A DNA stretch of 64,000 bases, from NCBI GenBank assembly GCA_034435455.1, contig DAOTXL010000102.1, positions 15,704 to 79,703 on the forward strand, read 5' to 3'. The notes below the pieces were generated by a model. It did not search any database. It was given only the letters and a program-made list of their open reading frames with translations, and had not been told where the DNA came from. This document shows, piece by piece, positions 1 to 10,357 of this stretch (its first letter is position 1; each line of letters starts with the position of its first letter). The stretch is from Anaerolineae bacterium (GTDB lineage: Bacteria > Chloroflexota > Anaerolineae > JAAYZQ01). Position numbers and translations under genes: made by a program.

Positions 1-25
1 CGCGACGACAAGGCGGTGTTTCTCG

Positions 26-1945
26 ATGTCCCGTAGCAGGAAGCCGGAAGCAGGGGGCAAGGGGCAGGAAGCAGGGGGCAAGAAGCAGGAGGCAAAGAGG
101 GTGCATCACCTTTTACGTTTTACTTTACGTCTTGACCCCTACCTTATCCTTATCTTCCTCCTCTCCCTGTTCCCCATCGGCCCCCTGCTTCAACCGGGCT
201 ACTTCTGGGAGGCGCACGACGCCCGCCACAGCGTCTATTTTCTGTTCGAGCTCGACCGGGGCATCCAGGATGGCATCCTCTACCCCCGCTGGCAACCCGA
301 CTTTGCCTTTGGGTATGGCTATCCGTTTTTCAACATCTATGGGCCCTTTTCCTCGTACCTGGGGGAGCTTTTCCACCTGCTCGGCTTTGGCTTCACCGAT
401 GCGGTCAAGTTCGTCTTTGGCCTGTCGGTGATCGGTTCCGGGCTGGCGATGTATGGCTTTGTGAAGCAGGTGATGGGCCGGCAGGCAGGGTTGGTGGCGG
501 CGGTGGCCTACATGGTCATTCCCTATCGCCTGGTGGACCTGTACGTGCGGGCTGCCCTGGCCGAATCGGTGGCCCATGCCTTTGTGCCGCTGGTGCTGTG
601 GGGGACCTGGATGGCGCTTCACCAACCCCGGCTGACCAATCTCCTGGGCCTGGCCCTGGCCTATGCCGGGCTGATCCTGACCCACCCGCTTACCGCTCTG
701 CTGCTGACCCTCATCCTGGCCTTTTATGTGGCTGCCCTGGCCCTGATGCGGCTGAATGAGCAACAGCCCTGGCGAGAGCTCTCGCGGGAGTCGCTCTTCT
801 CGCTCCTCGGCCACCTGGGGCACATCCTGGCGCCGGTCGGGTTCGGGCTGGCCCTGGGCCTGGGCCTCAGCGCCCTCTTTTTCCTGCCGGCCATGACCGA
901 AAACCGCTTTGTCCGGGTGGACCAGTGGTACGGCGGGCGCTACGCCTGGGGGGGCGATTTTGTCGAGTTCTTTCAGCTCTTCTCGCCCCGGTGGGGCTTT
1001 GGGGTCAGCGTGCCCGGACCGGATGATCAGGTGAGCTTTCAGTTGGGCGCGGTGCCGGTGGTGTTGAGCCTGCTCGCCGTAGCAGCGGCGATGGCCCGGC
1101 GCCGTCCTCTCGGCCTGAGAGAGGGGGCGGCCCTCCATCCAACCGCTCGCCGCCTGGTCGCCTTTTTTGCCCTGCTGACGGCCATCGCCGTCTTGCTGAT
1201 GCTGAGCGTATCGGCACCGCTCTGGCAGGGGTTGCCCCTGGTGCGCCTGGTCCAGTTTCCGTGGCGGCTGTTGAGCGTGACGGTCGTCTCGATGGCCTTT
1301 CTGTGTGGCGTTGTGGCGTACAACGGCCGGGACACCCCCTGGCCAGTCCCCACCACCCTCCTCCTCGTCGCCCTGCTCATCTTGAGCAGCCGGCCCTACA
1401 TGCAGGTCAGGATGTCGGAGCAGGAGGTATCGCTGGCCGGCCTGATGCGCTTCCAGCAGTCGTCCGATGAGATGACCGGTTCGACAGCCTGGGTGCAGCG
1501 CATCCCCACCTGGTCGCCGATGGCCGACTATTACATCGCCGGGGAACCGATCACCTCCAAGATCAACTATGACGCCCTCTATGCCCAGCCGGGGCGTGTC
1601 CACGCCCGGACACTGGAGCTCCGTGTGGACCGCGAGCTGATCGAATACTCGGCCGAACGGTCGGTATTGCTGATCTTTAACACCTTCTACTATCCCGGCT
1701 GGCGCGCCTATCTGCTCGACCCGGCGACGAATGCCGTGGTCGAAGAGCTGCCCATCGCCCTGCGCGGCGAGTTGGGCCTGATGGCCGTCCGGGTGCCGGC
1801 CGGCACGGGCCGGGTGCTCCTGCGCTTCGAGGACACCCCCATCCGCAAACTGGGGACGGCGCTGAGCCTGACCAGCCTGGCGTGGATCGGCCTGTTGTGG
1901 GCAGGGCGCCTTGTTTTCCGCCCCGGCAGGCGGCGTGAAGCATAG
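26..1945 (+). CDS. polytopic membrane protein, putative GT-C-fold glycosyltransferase-like (paralog 1)
   Basis: 639-aa ORF with many hydrophobic segments. Conserved N-terminal block (LDPYL..HDAxH..FFLxEFD..DGxxYPxW..GYGYP..FHLLG) shared with the adjacent paralog. Function inferred only from architecture. Confidence 0.45.
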   Translation: MSRSRKPEAGGKGQEAGGKKQEAKRVHHLLRFTLRLDPYLILIFLLSLFPIGPLLQPGYFWEAHDARHSVYFLFELDRGIQDGILYPRWQPDFAFGYGYPFFNIYGPFSSYLGELFHLLGFGFTDAVKFVFGLSVIGSGLAMYGFVKQVMGRQAGLVAAVAYMVIPYRLVDLYVRAALAESVAHAFVPLVLWGTWMALHQPRLTNLLGLALAYAGLILTHPLTALLLTLILAFYVAALALMRLNEQQPWRELSRESLFSLLGHLGHILAPVGFGLALGLGLSALFFLPAMTENRFVRVDQWYGGRYAWGGDFVEFFQLFSPRWGFGVSVPGPDDQVSFQLGAVPVVLSLLAVAAAMARRRPLGLREGAALHPTARRLVAFFALLTAIAVLLMLSVSAPLWQGLPLVRLVQFPWRLLSVTVVSMAFLCGVVAYNGRDTPWPVPTTLLLVALLILSSRPYMQVRMSEQEVSLAGLMRFQQSSDEMTGSTAWVQRIPTWSPMADYYIAGEPITSKINYDALYAQPGRVHARTLELRVDRELIEYSAERSVLLIFNTFYYPGWRAYLLDPATNAVVEELPIALRGELGLMAVRVPAGTGRVLLRFEDTPIRKLGTALSLTSLAWIGLLWAGRLVFRPGRRREA

Positions 1946-1954
1946 GAGCGACCG

Positions 1955-3697
1955 ATGTCCTTGCTGCGTACCCTTCGCCATCGGCGGTCGGCGGTCCGCC
2001 TGGACCCGTATGTCGGGCTGGTGATCGCCTTTTCCCTGTTTATCGTGCTGCCGCTGGCCGGGCCGGACTATTTTTTCGATGCCCACGACGCGCCCCACAC
2101 CATCTTTTTCCTGACCGAATTCGACGCGGCATTGCGCGATGGGGTGTGGTATCCCGGCTGGGCTACCGATCAGGCATTGGGGTATGGCTACCCCACCTTT
2201 GTCTTTTACTCGCCCCTGGCCTACTATGTGGCGGAGGGGTTTCACCTGCTGGGGGCCGGCAAGGTAGCCGCCGTCAAATGGACCTGGGCGCTGGCGACGG
2301 TCGCCGCCGGGCTGGCCATGTACGCCTGTGCCCGCCACTTTGTGGGGCGCAAGGGGGGGCTGCTGGCTGCCGTGGTTTACCTGTACACCCCCTACCACCT
2401 GGCCGACCTCTATGTCCGGGCAGACCTGGTCGAATATTGTGCCTGCGTCTGGATGCCGCTGGCCTTGCTGACCTTCCACCGGGCCGTCGAGAAGCCGGGG
2501 GCACGCTCTATTGCGCTGGCCGGGCTGACCTATGGGGCGCTGTGGCTGACTCACAACGTGACCGGTCTGGCCTTCACCCCCCTCCTGGCTGCCTATGTCC
2601 TGTTCTGCGTGCTGGCCGGGCGCATCTCCTGGCGGGACCGGCTGGTGAGAGCGGCCACCGCCCTGGCCGGGGCGCTGCTGGGCCTGGGGGTCGCGGCGGT
2701 GTTGCTCCTGCCCAACCTCCTGGAGCGCACCCTGATCAATCAGCAGCAGTGGACGGCGGCCGGCTACCACTATGCCCGCAACTTTGTCCAGCCTGCCCAC
2801 CTCTTGTCGGCATCGTGGGGCTATGCGCCGGGCCCGCCGGGCACAGAAGGAGGAATGTCGTTCCAACTGGGGGCGGTGCCCCTCATCCTGGCCTCGGTCG
2901 CCGTGGTGAGCGCCTTTCACCGTCCGGCCAGGGAGCGAGGGCTGATCCTCTTTTTTGCCGGAGCGACGGCCCTGTTGATCTTTTGTATGCTGCCCCTTTC
3001 GGCGTTCCTGTGGAAGCTGCTGCCCCTCGCGGCGCTGATCCAGTTTCCCTGGCGGCTGCTGGCTCTGGTCGCCGTCAACCTGGCTCTCCTCTCCGGCCTG
3101 GCCATTTTCGAGGAGCAGGGGTCAGAGGGCCGGGGACCGGTCTTGACCCTGGCGCTGGTGGCCGTGCTGGCCGGCTTTCCCTACACCCTGCCCCAATATA
3201 CCCCTGTGCCGGAGATCGCCGAAGGGCCGCTGTTGACCATCGAATTCGAGATGAAATACACCGATATGCGGGGCATGACCGCCTGGACAAAAGAGATGCC
3301 GCCCGATTCTCCGCTGGTGGCGCAGTACCGCGCCGGTGGGCCGCTGATCACGGCCGAGGCCCTGGCGCCGGGCGCTACGGTGGAGATGATCCGCGCCGGC
3401 GGTGCCTCGGACGAACTGTGGGTGCGCTCGCCCCAGGGGACGGCGCTGCGCTTTTACACCTACTACTTCCCCGGCTGGCGCGTCTATGTGGATGGCCGGC
3501 GCCTGCCCGATGCAGCGCTGCGGCCTGAAACCGCCTACGGGCTGCTGACGGTGGACATCCCACCGGGTGAGCACCACGTCCTGCTGCGCTGGGGCGACAC
3601 GCCGCTGCGCCGGGCCGGCAAGATGATCACCCTGAGTTGCCTGGCGCTGGCCATCGGCCTGATGATCCCCTGGCGGGGAAGAGCCACCGACCGGTAA
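1955..3697 (+). CDS. polytopic membrane protein, putative GT-C-fold glycosyltransferase-like (paralog 2)
   Basis: 580-aa ORF, collinear similarity to the upstream ORF (same N-terminal motifs, same C-terminal FPGWRxY..LLRxxDTPxR block). 10-nt spacing from the upstream gene. Confidence 0.45.
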   Translation: MSLLRTLRHRRSAVRLDPYVGLVIAFSLFIVLPLAGPDYFFDAHDAPHTIFFLTEFDAALRDGVWYPGWATDQALGYGYPTFVFYSPLAYYVAEGFHLLGAGKVAAVKWTWALATVAAGLAMYACARHFVGRKGGLLAAVVYLYTPYHLADLYVRADLVEYCACVWMPLALLTFHRAVEKPGARSIALAGLTYGALWLTHNVTGLAFTPLLAAYVLFCVLAGRISWRDRLVRAATALAGALLGLGVAAVLLLPNLLERTLINQQQWTAAGYHYARNFVQPAHLLSASWGYAPGPPGTEGGMSFQLGAVPLILASVAVVSAFHRPARERGLILFFAGATALLIFCMLPLSAFLWKLLPLAALIQFPWRLLALVAVNLALLSGLAIFEEQGSEGRGPVLTLALVAVLAGFPYTLPQYTPVPEIAEGPLLTIEFEMKYTDMRGMTAWTKEMPPDSPLVAQYRAGGPLITAEALAPGATVEMIRAGGASDELWVRSPQGTALRFYTYYFPGWRVYVDGRRLPDAALRPETAYGLLTVDIPPGEHHVLLRWGDTPLRRAGKMITLSCLALAIGLMIPWRGRATDR

Positions 3698-3737
3698 CAG
3701 TTCCGAATGAGGACTGGACTTGTGCCGTTTTGTCTGC

Positions 3738-3743
3738 TATAAT
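3738..3743 (+). promoter_or_regulatory. possible -10 box (TATAAT) for the 3773 gene
   Basis: TATAAT at 3738-3743. No good -35 at 17-nt spacing (TGGACT at 3715-3720). Confidence 0.25.
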
Positions 3744-3772
3744 TGTTAACGTATCTCAGCGGTGGAGGAGCT

Positions 3773-4600
3773 ATGGGAGAGCTGGAGTTAGACCAGTTAG
3801 CGCGGCTGCTGTACCTGCTTGTCAGCCTCACCCTGCTGGTCTTTATCATCCTGATCGTTTACGTGGTTGTGGCCGGGCGCCGGGCGCGGGCAAAGCAGGC
3901 CCTGCGCCAGCAGGAACAGGCGGACGATCTGGTGATCCGCCCCGCCCTCCAGGTCACCGGTGAGGTTCTATCCCTGGTACGGGAGGTGCAGGGTGGGCCG
4001 TTGCAGGTCGAGGTGGCCGGCACCCGGTATCGGACCCTGGCCGAGGTGACCGACCCTCAGGTGAAACGCCGGGTCCTGGATGCGGCGATAGAGTTTATTC
4101 AGTTCACCGGGGTGTTGGGGGCGGGGACCATGAGGCCGGCCCCGCTGGAAAAGACCCACCGGTGGCGGGAGGATTTACGCCAGGGTAGCCAGGCCGATCT
4201 GGAGCGGGTGCGTGTCGCCGCTTCAGAAGCGGCCCCCCAGCCCCCAGCACCGACCGAGGTCGAGCAACAATTTCTGAGCCTGTTGGTCGAACTGGGCCAG
4301 GCCCCGCCGCCGCCCGAAAAGCCCAGCCTGATCGGCTCTATCCAGCGCCGCCTGCATCCCCCCCCCACCGAACAGGGGCAGGCCCGCAGCTTTATAGACG
4401 ACATTGATGCAATTGTCCAGCGGCGCGTGCAGATGATCCCGGCGCTGGCCGGCCGGGGCCTGCATGTGCGCCCCGGTCCGGGCGGAAAGGTGGTCTTTCA
4501 GTTCGAGGGGGAGCAATACAGCAGCCTGGACGACCTCCCTAATCTGACGGCCCGCCAGTTGGTCCAGGATGCCATCCAGGAGTGGGATGAAACGACGTAA
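3773..4600 (+). CDS. hypothetical membrane-anchored protein
   Basis: ORF 3743-4600. A GGAGGAG RBS precedes ATG at 3773 (MGELELDQ). Single N-terminal hydrophobic helix (LLYLLVSLTLLVFIILIVYVVVA). No recognisable domain. Confidence 0.5.
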   Translation: MGELELDQLARLLYLLVSLTLLVFIILIVYVVVAGRRARAKQALRQQEQADDLVIRPALQVTGEVLSLVREVQGGPLQVEVAGTRYRTLAEVTDPQVKRRVLDAAIEFIQFTGVLGAGTMRPAPLEKTHRWREDLRQGSQADLERVRVAASEAAPQPPAPTEVEQQFLSLLVELGQAPPPPEKPSLIGSIQRRLHPPPTEQGQARSFIDDIDAIVQRRVQMIPALAGRGLHVRPGPGGKVVFQFEGEQYSSLDDLPNLTARQLVQDAIQEWDETT

Positions 4601-4647
4601 GAGCCGGTCTGAAAAGGTGGCCACAAAAGCAGAGATCGCAAAGGAAT

Positions 4648-4701
4648 ACCAGGGAAATAGCTAAGATCCCTGGTGTCCTTCGTGTCCTTGGTGGTTTTCA
4701 G
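4648..4701 (+). terminator. possible hairpin terminator after the 3773-4600 gene
   Basis: Inverted repeat ACCAGGGA..TCCCTGGT (4648-4674) followed 20 nt later by GGTGGTTTTC. The U-tract is not immediately adjacent, so this is weak. Confidence 0.25.
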
Positions 4702-4751
4702 ACAAACTCTAAGGCCCGGTGCGTGTTCCGGGGCGGGCCATCCCCTACGGC

Positions 4752-5375
4752 TCAATAGATGCGCCGGCCAAACCCCTGGGGTGTTGCCGAGTTGTCGTAC
4801 ATCTCTTCGATGGTGAACAGGTATGCCGGCCGCTCCGGCCAACGCTCAGGATGGGGACGGTGATACACGTCGTGCTGGGCGTTCAAGAAGCGATGGTAAA
4901 TGCTGCCTTCGAGGTGTATCTCGGCCTTGCCGCGCAGTTCGTAGCTGATCGCCGGCGGTTGGTAGAAGAGCAGGGTCACCGCCGGGTTGGCGCGCAGGTT
5001 GGTCCAGGAATGATCGCGCGCCAGTTCTAACGTCCCCAGCCGCGTAAAGTCAATGCGCTCCTGGCAGCCCTCGCCGTAGAGCTGCTCCCTCAAGAGCTGC
5101 AGGCCCTCCTGCTCATACCCGTCGCGCCAGCCCCGTGTGATGTGCTCCAGATAGGCGTCCAGGATCGCCTCCAGCCAATCGGCCTTGGGGATAAAGCCCA
5201 CCCCTTTGATCGAGGCGTTCAGGCCGGCCGGTCCGCAGGAGACCACCGCCGGGGTGTGGCGGCTGAAGCCGATAAAGATCTCGTGGGAAGGCACCTTTTC
5301 CCCCTTTGCCTGGCGTTGGATCAGCGCGGCGCGGTCGTGGTAGGCCCATTTGATGAATGCTTCGGGGATAGTCAA
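4752..5375 (-). CDS. hypothetical protein (possibly split-barrel/PNPOx-like)
   Basis: 207-aa ORF. Its stop and start sit 4 nt apart from the MBL hydrolase ORF on the same strand (5376-5378). No catalytic motif recognised. Confidence 0.4.
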   Translation of the reverse strand: MTIPEAFIKWAYHDRAALIQRQAKGEKVPSHEIFIGFSRHTPAVVSCGPAGLNASIKGVGFIPKADWLEAILDAYLEHITRGWRDGYEQEGLQLLREQLYGEGCQERIDFTRLGTLELARDHSWTNLRANPAVTLLFYQPPAISYELRGKAEIHLEGSIYHRFLNAQHDVYHRPHPERWPERPAYLFTIEEMYDNSATPQGFGRRIY

Positions 5376-5378
5376 GCC

Positions 5379-6233
5379 TCACTCCTCCCATTCCACAGGT
5401 TCTACCCGGAAACGGTCGGGCCGCTCGGTGGGATGCAGGTAGCCGGCCACGACCTGGGGATGGTGCTCAAAGATCAGGAGCACATGGTGTTCGACGGCCC
5501 AGTGGGCCAGGTTGCGCTTGGTTTCGAGGCTCACCAGCGGTTCCACGTCGTAGGCCGGCACCCACGACAACCGCTCCATGTGCACCGGCCATGAGGCCAC
5601 ATCCCCCAAAAAGATCGCCGTTCTGCCGCCGCTTTCTACCACCACGCACTGATGAGCGCGGGTGTGGCCCGGCGTGACGATCACCCGCACCTCGTCGGTC
5701 AGGCGGGTGTCGCCGGAAAGGATGCGCAGTTGCCCGGTCTGTCCCAGCGGTTCAAAGTTTTCGGCCAGGTAGGTGACCCGCGTCCGTTCATTGGGGAAGG
5801 TGGCATCGGCCAGCTCCAGGCGCTGGACGCAGTAGGTGGCCCAGGGAAAGGTGGGCACCAGCTCGCCCTTTTCGTCGTAGCGGGTGTTGCCCCCGCAGTG
5901 GTCGGCGTGGAGGTGGGTGTTGATCACCAGGTCCACGTCCAGGGGGCCGATGCCCAGCTTTTCCAGGCTGCGCAGCAGGCGGCGTTCTCCCTCCAGGCTG
6001 ATAAAGCCGCGCTCCTTTTCCGGCAACTTGTCGCCATAACCGGTATCCACCAGAATGCGTTGCCGCTCGGTCTCGATAAGCAGGCAGTGGCTCCCGAAGG
6101 GCAGGCGGTTCCGCTCGTCGGGGGCCATGACCTGCTGCCACAGGACCTTGGGCACCAACCCGAACAGCCCCCCGCCATCCTCCCAATAGGTGCCGTCGGA
6201 GGCCAGGTGCAGGGACAGTTTGCCGAAACGCAT
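5379..6233 (-). CDS. MBL-fold metallo-hydrolase
   Basis: HxHxDH zinc motif (INTHLHADHCGGN) and downstream His/Asp ligands typical of metallo-beta-lactamase fold. Confidence 0.75.
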   Translation of the reverse strand: MRFGKLSLHLASDGTYWEDGGGLFGLVPKVLWQQVMAPDERNRLPFGSHCLLIETERQRILVDTGYGDKLPEKERGFISLEGERRLLRSLEKLGIGPLDVDLVINTHLHADHCGGNTRYDEKGELVPTFPWATYCVQRLELADATFPNERTRVTYLAENFEPLGQTGQLRILSGDTRLTDEVRVIVTPGHTRAHQCVVVESGGRTAIFLGDVASWPVHMERLSWVPAYDVEPLVSLETKRNLAHWAVEHHVLLIFEHHPQVVAGYLHPTERPDRFRVEPVEWEE

Positions 6234-6259
6234 GGGACCCCTCCTGCAACCCCTACCGG

Positions 6260-6802
6260 TTATCCCCCGCGGACGTAGGCCACTCCCCGGTCCAGCGCCC
6301 GCTTGTTCGGCTCGATGATGCGGCTGCGCTCCGGGGGGATGTGCAGGTCCAGGGTGCGCTTGATCCCTGCCAGGGGCAGGATCTCGCGCTTGCCGAGCAT
6401 CGCCCCCAACAGGACGACGTTGGCCATGCGCACATTGCCCAGCTCGGCGGCCAGTTCATTGGCCGGGACGTACACCGCTTCGATGTCGGTGCGCGGTGAC
6501 CGGTTGCGCACCAGCGTCGAGTTGACCACCAGCAGGCCACCCGGCTTGACCAGCGGCTCATACCTGTCCATCGAGGGGGGGTTCATGACGATACACATCG
6601 TCGGGTGGCTGATGATGGGCGAACCGATCTCGTCATCGGAGATGATGACGATGCAGTGCGCCGTGCCCCCGCGCATTTCCGGGCCGTAGGATGGGATCCA
6701 GGTCACGTGCCAGCCCTCATCCATGCCGGTGTAGGTCAAAAGCTGCCCGGCAAAGAGGGCACCCTGCCCTCCAAAGCCGGAGATGATGATCTCTTCGTGC
6801 AT
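6260..6802 (-). CDS. 2-oxoacid:ferredoxin oxidoreductase, gamma subunit
   Basis: IIISGFGGQGALFAGQLL..SYGPEMRGGTAHC motif block of POR/KOR gamma subunits. Start refined to ATG at 6802 (MHEEIII), which has a GGAGG RBS. Confidence 0.8.
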   Translation of the reverse strand: MHEEIIISGFGGQGALFAGQLLTYTGMDEGWHVTWIPSYGPEMRGGTAHCIVIISDDEIGSPIISHPTMCIVMNPPSMDRYEPLVKPGGLLVVNSTLVRNRSPRTDIEAVYVPANELAAELGNVRMANVVLLGAMLGKREILPLAGIKRTLDLHIPPERSRIIEPNKRALDRGVAYVRGG

Positions 6803-6870
6803 GTCAGCCTCCAGTCTCAAGTGTCCAGTGGCAAGTTACGAGTGGCAAGTGGCAAGTTGTCGGTTGATTG

Positions 6871-7638
6871 CTACTTTAACCCTGTCACCTCGTCCTTCAC
6901 CTTATAATCCCCCAGGGGGTAGTAGGGGATCATCCGCTCCTCGACGAACTTGAGCGACTCTTTGGGCGTCATGCCCCAGTTGGTGGGGCAGTTGGACACG
7001 ACCTCGACCAGGGAAAAGCCCAGGCCAGCCATCTGGACCTGGAACGCGGTCTTGATCGCCTTGCGCAGCCGGTTCACCTCAGCGGGCTTGTAGGCCGTGC
7101 GCCGCACGATATAGGCCGCACCATCTAACTGCGACACCAGTTCGCAGACACGCACCGGATAGCCCTGCGTTTTGACATCGCGGCCATAGGGCGACGAGGT
7201 GGTCACCATGCCGGGCAGGGTGGTAGGGGCCATCTGGCCGCCGGTCATGCCGTACACGGCGTTGTTGATAAAGATGGTGGTGATATTCTCCCCCCGCGCC
7301 GCGGCGTGGATCAGTTCGTTGGTGCCGATGGAGGCCAGGTCCCCGTCGCCCTGATAGGTGAACACGATCAGGTCGGGGTTGGTGCGCTTCATGCCGGTGG
7401 CCATGGCCGGGGCCCGCCCGTGGGCAGCTTCGGCAAAGTCGCACTCGAAATAGTTGTAGGCCAGCACCGAACAACCGACCGGGGCGATGCCCACCGTCCG
7501 CTCGCGGATGCCCAGATCGTCCATCACCTCGGCGATGAGGCGATGGACAACGCCGTGGAGGCAGCCGGGGCAATAGTGCGTCACTACATCCGACAGGGAT
7601 TCGGGGCGGCGGAATACCAGTTTGACATCTTCGCTCAT
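6871..7638 (-). CDS. korB: 2-oxoacid:ferredoxin oxidoreductase, beta (TPP-binding) subunit
   Basis: CPGCxHG N-terminus and the GDGD..NNAVYGMTGGQ TPP-binding signature. Confidence 0.85.
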   Translation of the reverse strand: MSEDVKLVFRRPESLSDVVTHYCPGCLHGVVHRLIAEVMDDLGIRERTVGIAPVGCSVLAYNYFECDFAEAAHGRAPAMATGMKRTNPDLIVFTYQGDGDLASIGTNELIHAAARGENITTIFINNAVYGMTGGQMAPTTLPGMVTTSSPYGRDVKTQGYPVRVCELVSQLDGAAYIVRRTAYKPAEVNRLRKAIKTAFQVQMAGLGFSLVEVVSNCPTNWGMTPKESLKFVEERMIPYYPLGDYKVKDEVTGLK

Positions 7639-7667
7639 GGTTTGCTCCTTAACCGGTACAGGTCTTG

Positions 7668-8720
7668 TTACCTGTCACTCGCTGCTTTTTTGATTTCGGC
7701 CAGAATATCCTCCGGCAGGGGCACCACGCCGCCCATTCTGCCAAAGAAGGAGACAGGCACGCGGTCGTGGGTGGCCAGGCGCACATCCTCGATCATCTGC
7801 CCGGCGCTCAGTTCCACCACCAGGAACTTTTTGGCCGTCTGGGCAATCTGATCCAGCCGGTCATAGGGGAAGGGGAACAGGGTGATGGGGCGGAACAGGC
7901 CGGCGGGGATGCCCTCGGCGCGGGCCTGCTTGACCGCCGTCTGGACAATGCGCCCTGCCGTGCCATAGGCTACCACTACGATCTCGGCCCCCTCTAACTG
8001 GTACTCGGCGTAGCGGACCTCGTTGGCCCGGATGTCGGCCAGGATGCGCTGGAGGCGTTGGTTTTCCTGTTCCAGCTTGTGGATGTCCAGGAAAAGGGAG
8101 GTGATGATATTCTTTTTACGCCCTTTGGCCCCGGTCAGGGCCCAGGAGCGTTCTGGACGCTGGGGCGGCTTGAGATCGGGAAACTCGACCGGCTCCATAA
8201 TCTGGCCGATCATGCCGTCGGCGATGACGCCTACCGGCTGGAGATATTTGTCGGCCAGGTCGAAGGCCAGGATAATCAGGTCTACCGTCTCCTGCACGGT
8301 AGCGGGGGCCAGGACGATGAGGTTATAGTCGCCGTGACCGCCCCCTTTGGTGAGCTGGAAATAGTCGCCCTGGCTGGGGGCGATGTTGCCCAAGCCCGGC
8401 CCCCCCCGCATGATATTGACCACGACGCAGGGCACAAACGACAGGGCGATGTAGGAGATGCCCTCCTGCATCAGGCTGAAGCCAGGGCTGGAGGTGGTGG
8501 TCATCACCCGCGCCCCGGTGCAGGCTGCGCCGTAGACCATGTTGATCGCTCCCAGTTCGCTTTCGGCCTGGACAAAGGCCCGCCCCAACTCCGGCATCCG
8601 CCGCGACATATACTCCAGCACCTCGGTCTGGGGGGTGATAGGGTAGCCGAAGTAGGCCTCACACCCGGCGCGGATGGCGGCCTCGGCGATGGCTTCGTTG
8701 CCTTTCATCAAGATTTTCAT
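7668..8720 (-). CDS. korA: 2-oxoacid:ferredoxin oxidoreductase, alpha subunit
   Basis: [43 protein letters not shown] signature. Start moved to the internal ATG at 8720 (MKILMKG). Confidence 0.85.
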   Translation of the reverse strand: MKILMKGNEAIAEAAIRAGCEAYFGYPITPQTEVLEYMSRRMPELGRAFVQAESELGAINMVYGAACTGARVMTTTSSPGFSLMQEGISYIALSFVPCVVVNIMRGGPGLGNIAPSQGDYFQLTKGGGHGDYNLIVLAPATVQETVDLIILAFDLADKYLQPVGVIADGMIGQIMEPVEFPDLKPPQRPERSWALTGAKGRKKNIITSLFLDIHKLEQENQRLQRILADIRANEVRYAEYQLEGAEIVVVAYGTAGRIVQTAVKQARAEGIPAGLFRPITLFPFPYDRLDQIAQTAKKFLVVELSAGQMIEDVRLATHDRVPVSFFGRMGGVVPLPEDILAEIKKAASDR

Positions 8721-8902
8721 GACCTTGTCCTTTCTATCGGGATCGTGCAGCGCGTGTCTGTCGTCCAACGCCCATCTCAGGGCATCGGCCGGGTGGGCCC
8801 GGAGGTACACCCCTCGGCTCCGGCCTCGCTTCCCACAGGTTCTTAAAATTATAGATTCCCTCGACCTCCTTGTCAAATCCCCCTGCCGTTTCGGCAGTTG
8901 TC

Positions 8903-10339
8903 CTACCTGGCGCTCTCCGCCACCGCTTCGCCATAGTCCAGCAGGGCCCTGACCCCGTCGGGCGTGGGGGCTTCGGCATAGACGCGCAGCACCGGTTCGG
9001 TGCCCGACGGGCGGATCAACAGCCAGCTATCGTCGGCCAGCCGGTATTTGACCCCGTCCAGCGTATCTACCTGGCGTATCGCTACCCCGCCGATGCCGGG
9101 GGGGGCGCCGTCGGTCAGGCGCGTCACCATTTCCCTTTTGTCCACCGGGTGGCGTAAACGCAGGTCGGTGCGGGCGTAATGGACCGGTCCGGCAGCCCGT
9201 TGGATGTCGGCGACCAGCTCGTGCAGGGGGGCGCCGGCCTCGGCGATGATCTCCAGCAGCAGCAGGCCCATCAGCACCCCATCCCCTTCCGGGATGTGCC
9301 CCTGGATGCTCAACCCCCCGGACTCCTCGCCGCCGATGAGGACGTTGCCCTGGAGCATATAATCGGCGATGTGGTTAAAGCCGACGGGGGTCTCTTTCAG
9401 CGGCAGGCCATATTTTGCCGCCAGGCGGTCCACCATCATCGTCGTGGACACGGTCTTGACCACCATGCCTGTCCAGCCCCGCTTTTCCACCAGGTAGCGC
9501 AGCGCCAGGGCAAAGATATGGTGCGGGTCCACAAAGTTGCCCTGCGCATCTACCGCGCCGATCCGGTCGGCGTCGCCATCGGTGGCCAGGCCCACATCGG
9601 CGTGGTGGGTCTGGATGGCAGCCACCAGCGCATTCAGGTATTTGGCGATCGGTTCGGGGTGGATGCCGCCAAAGCCGGGGTTCATCTCGTTGCGGATCTC
9701 GTGGACATGGCAGCGGGTGCGCGACAGCATCCCGGCGATGCTGCCCCGCCCTGAGCCGTACATGGCATCGGCCACCACCCGCAGCTCGCCGCTGGAGATC
9801 ACGTCCAGGTCCACCAGCCGGCCCAGGTGCTCGTAATAGGCCCAGGCCGGGTTGAAGCGACGAATGAGGCCCTGGTCCACGGCGCGCTGGTAGTCCATGA
9901 TGTTGGGTCCCCGCGCCTGGGCTTCGGCCTCCTCCAGGTAGTGCTCCACCCGGCGCGCCTGCTGCGGCGACGCCGAGCCGCCATAGGCCGATTTGAGCTT
10001 GACGCCGTTGTAGCGCGGCGGGTTGTGGCTGGCGGTGATCATCACGCCGGCGGCGGCCTTTTTTTCCACAACGCTGTACGAGACGGCCGGGGTGGGGGCA
10101 TCGGCCCGGGTCAGCCAGGCGACGATGCCGTTGCCGGCCATTACCCGCGCTACTTCGGTGGCATACCGGTCCGACAGGAAGCGGGTGTCATAGCCCACCA
10201 CCACCTCCGGTTCCCGGCCGTTGCTGCCCTCATTGCGGACGTAATCGGCGATGGCCTGGGCTACCAGCCGCAGGTTGTTGAAGGTAAAGGTGTCGGAAAT
10301 GACCGCCCGCCAGCCATCGGTGCCAAACTTGATGCTCAT
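8903..10339 (-). CDS. phosphomannomutase/phosphoglucomutase family protein
   Basis: Active-site loop [13 protein letters not shown] and GTDGWR N-terminus of the alpha-D-phosphohexomutase family. Confidence 0.8.
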   Translation of the reverse strand: MSIKFGTDGWRAVISDTFTFNNLRLVAQAIADYVRNEGSNGREPEVVVGYDTRFLSDRYATEVARVMAGNGIVAWLTRADAPTPAVSYSVVEKKAAAGVMITASHNPPRYNGVKLKSAYGGSASPQQARRVEHYLEEAEAQARGPNIMDYQRAVDQGLIRRFNPAWAYYEHLGRLVDLDVISSGELRVVADAMYGSGRGSIAGMLSRTRCHVHEIRNEMNPGFGGIHPEPIAKYLNALVAAIQTHHADVGLATDGDADRIGAVDAQGNFVDPHHIFALALRYLVEKRGWTGMVVKTVSTTMMVDRLAAKYGLPLKETPVGFNHIADYMLQGNVLIGGEESGGLSIQGHIPEGDGVLMGLLLLEIIAEAGAPLHELVADIQRAAGPVHYARTDLRLRHPVDKREMVTRLTDGAPPGIGGVAIRQVDTLDGVKYRLADDSWLLIRPSGTEPVLRVYAEAPTPDGVRALLDYGEAVAESAR

Positions 10340-10357
10340 TCCTCACTCCTGCCAGAA

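Noticed and set aside
125-2920. 931-aa minus-strand ORF overlapping both N-terminal membrane-protein genes. Similar very long antisense ORFs occur at 12190-14310(+), 18231-20987(+), 23042-25759(+), 32633-36073(-), 41921-44821(+) and 51821-53779(+).
   Set aside because: Low-complexity Gly/Arg/Pro-rich translations typical of antisense frames in high-GC DNA. The opposite strand carries recognisable conserved proteins (purA, polA, ugd, ileS, dynamin, DinG).
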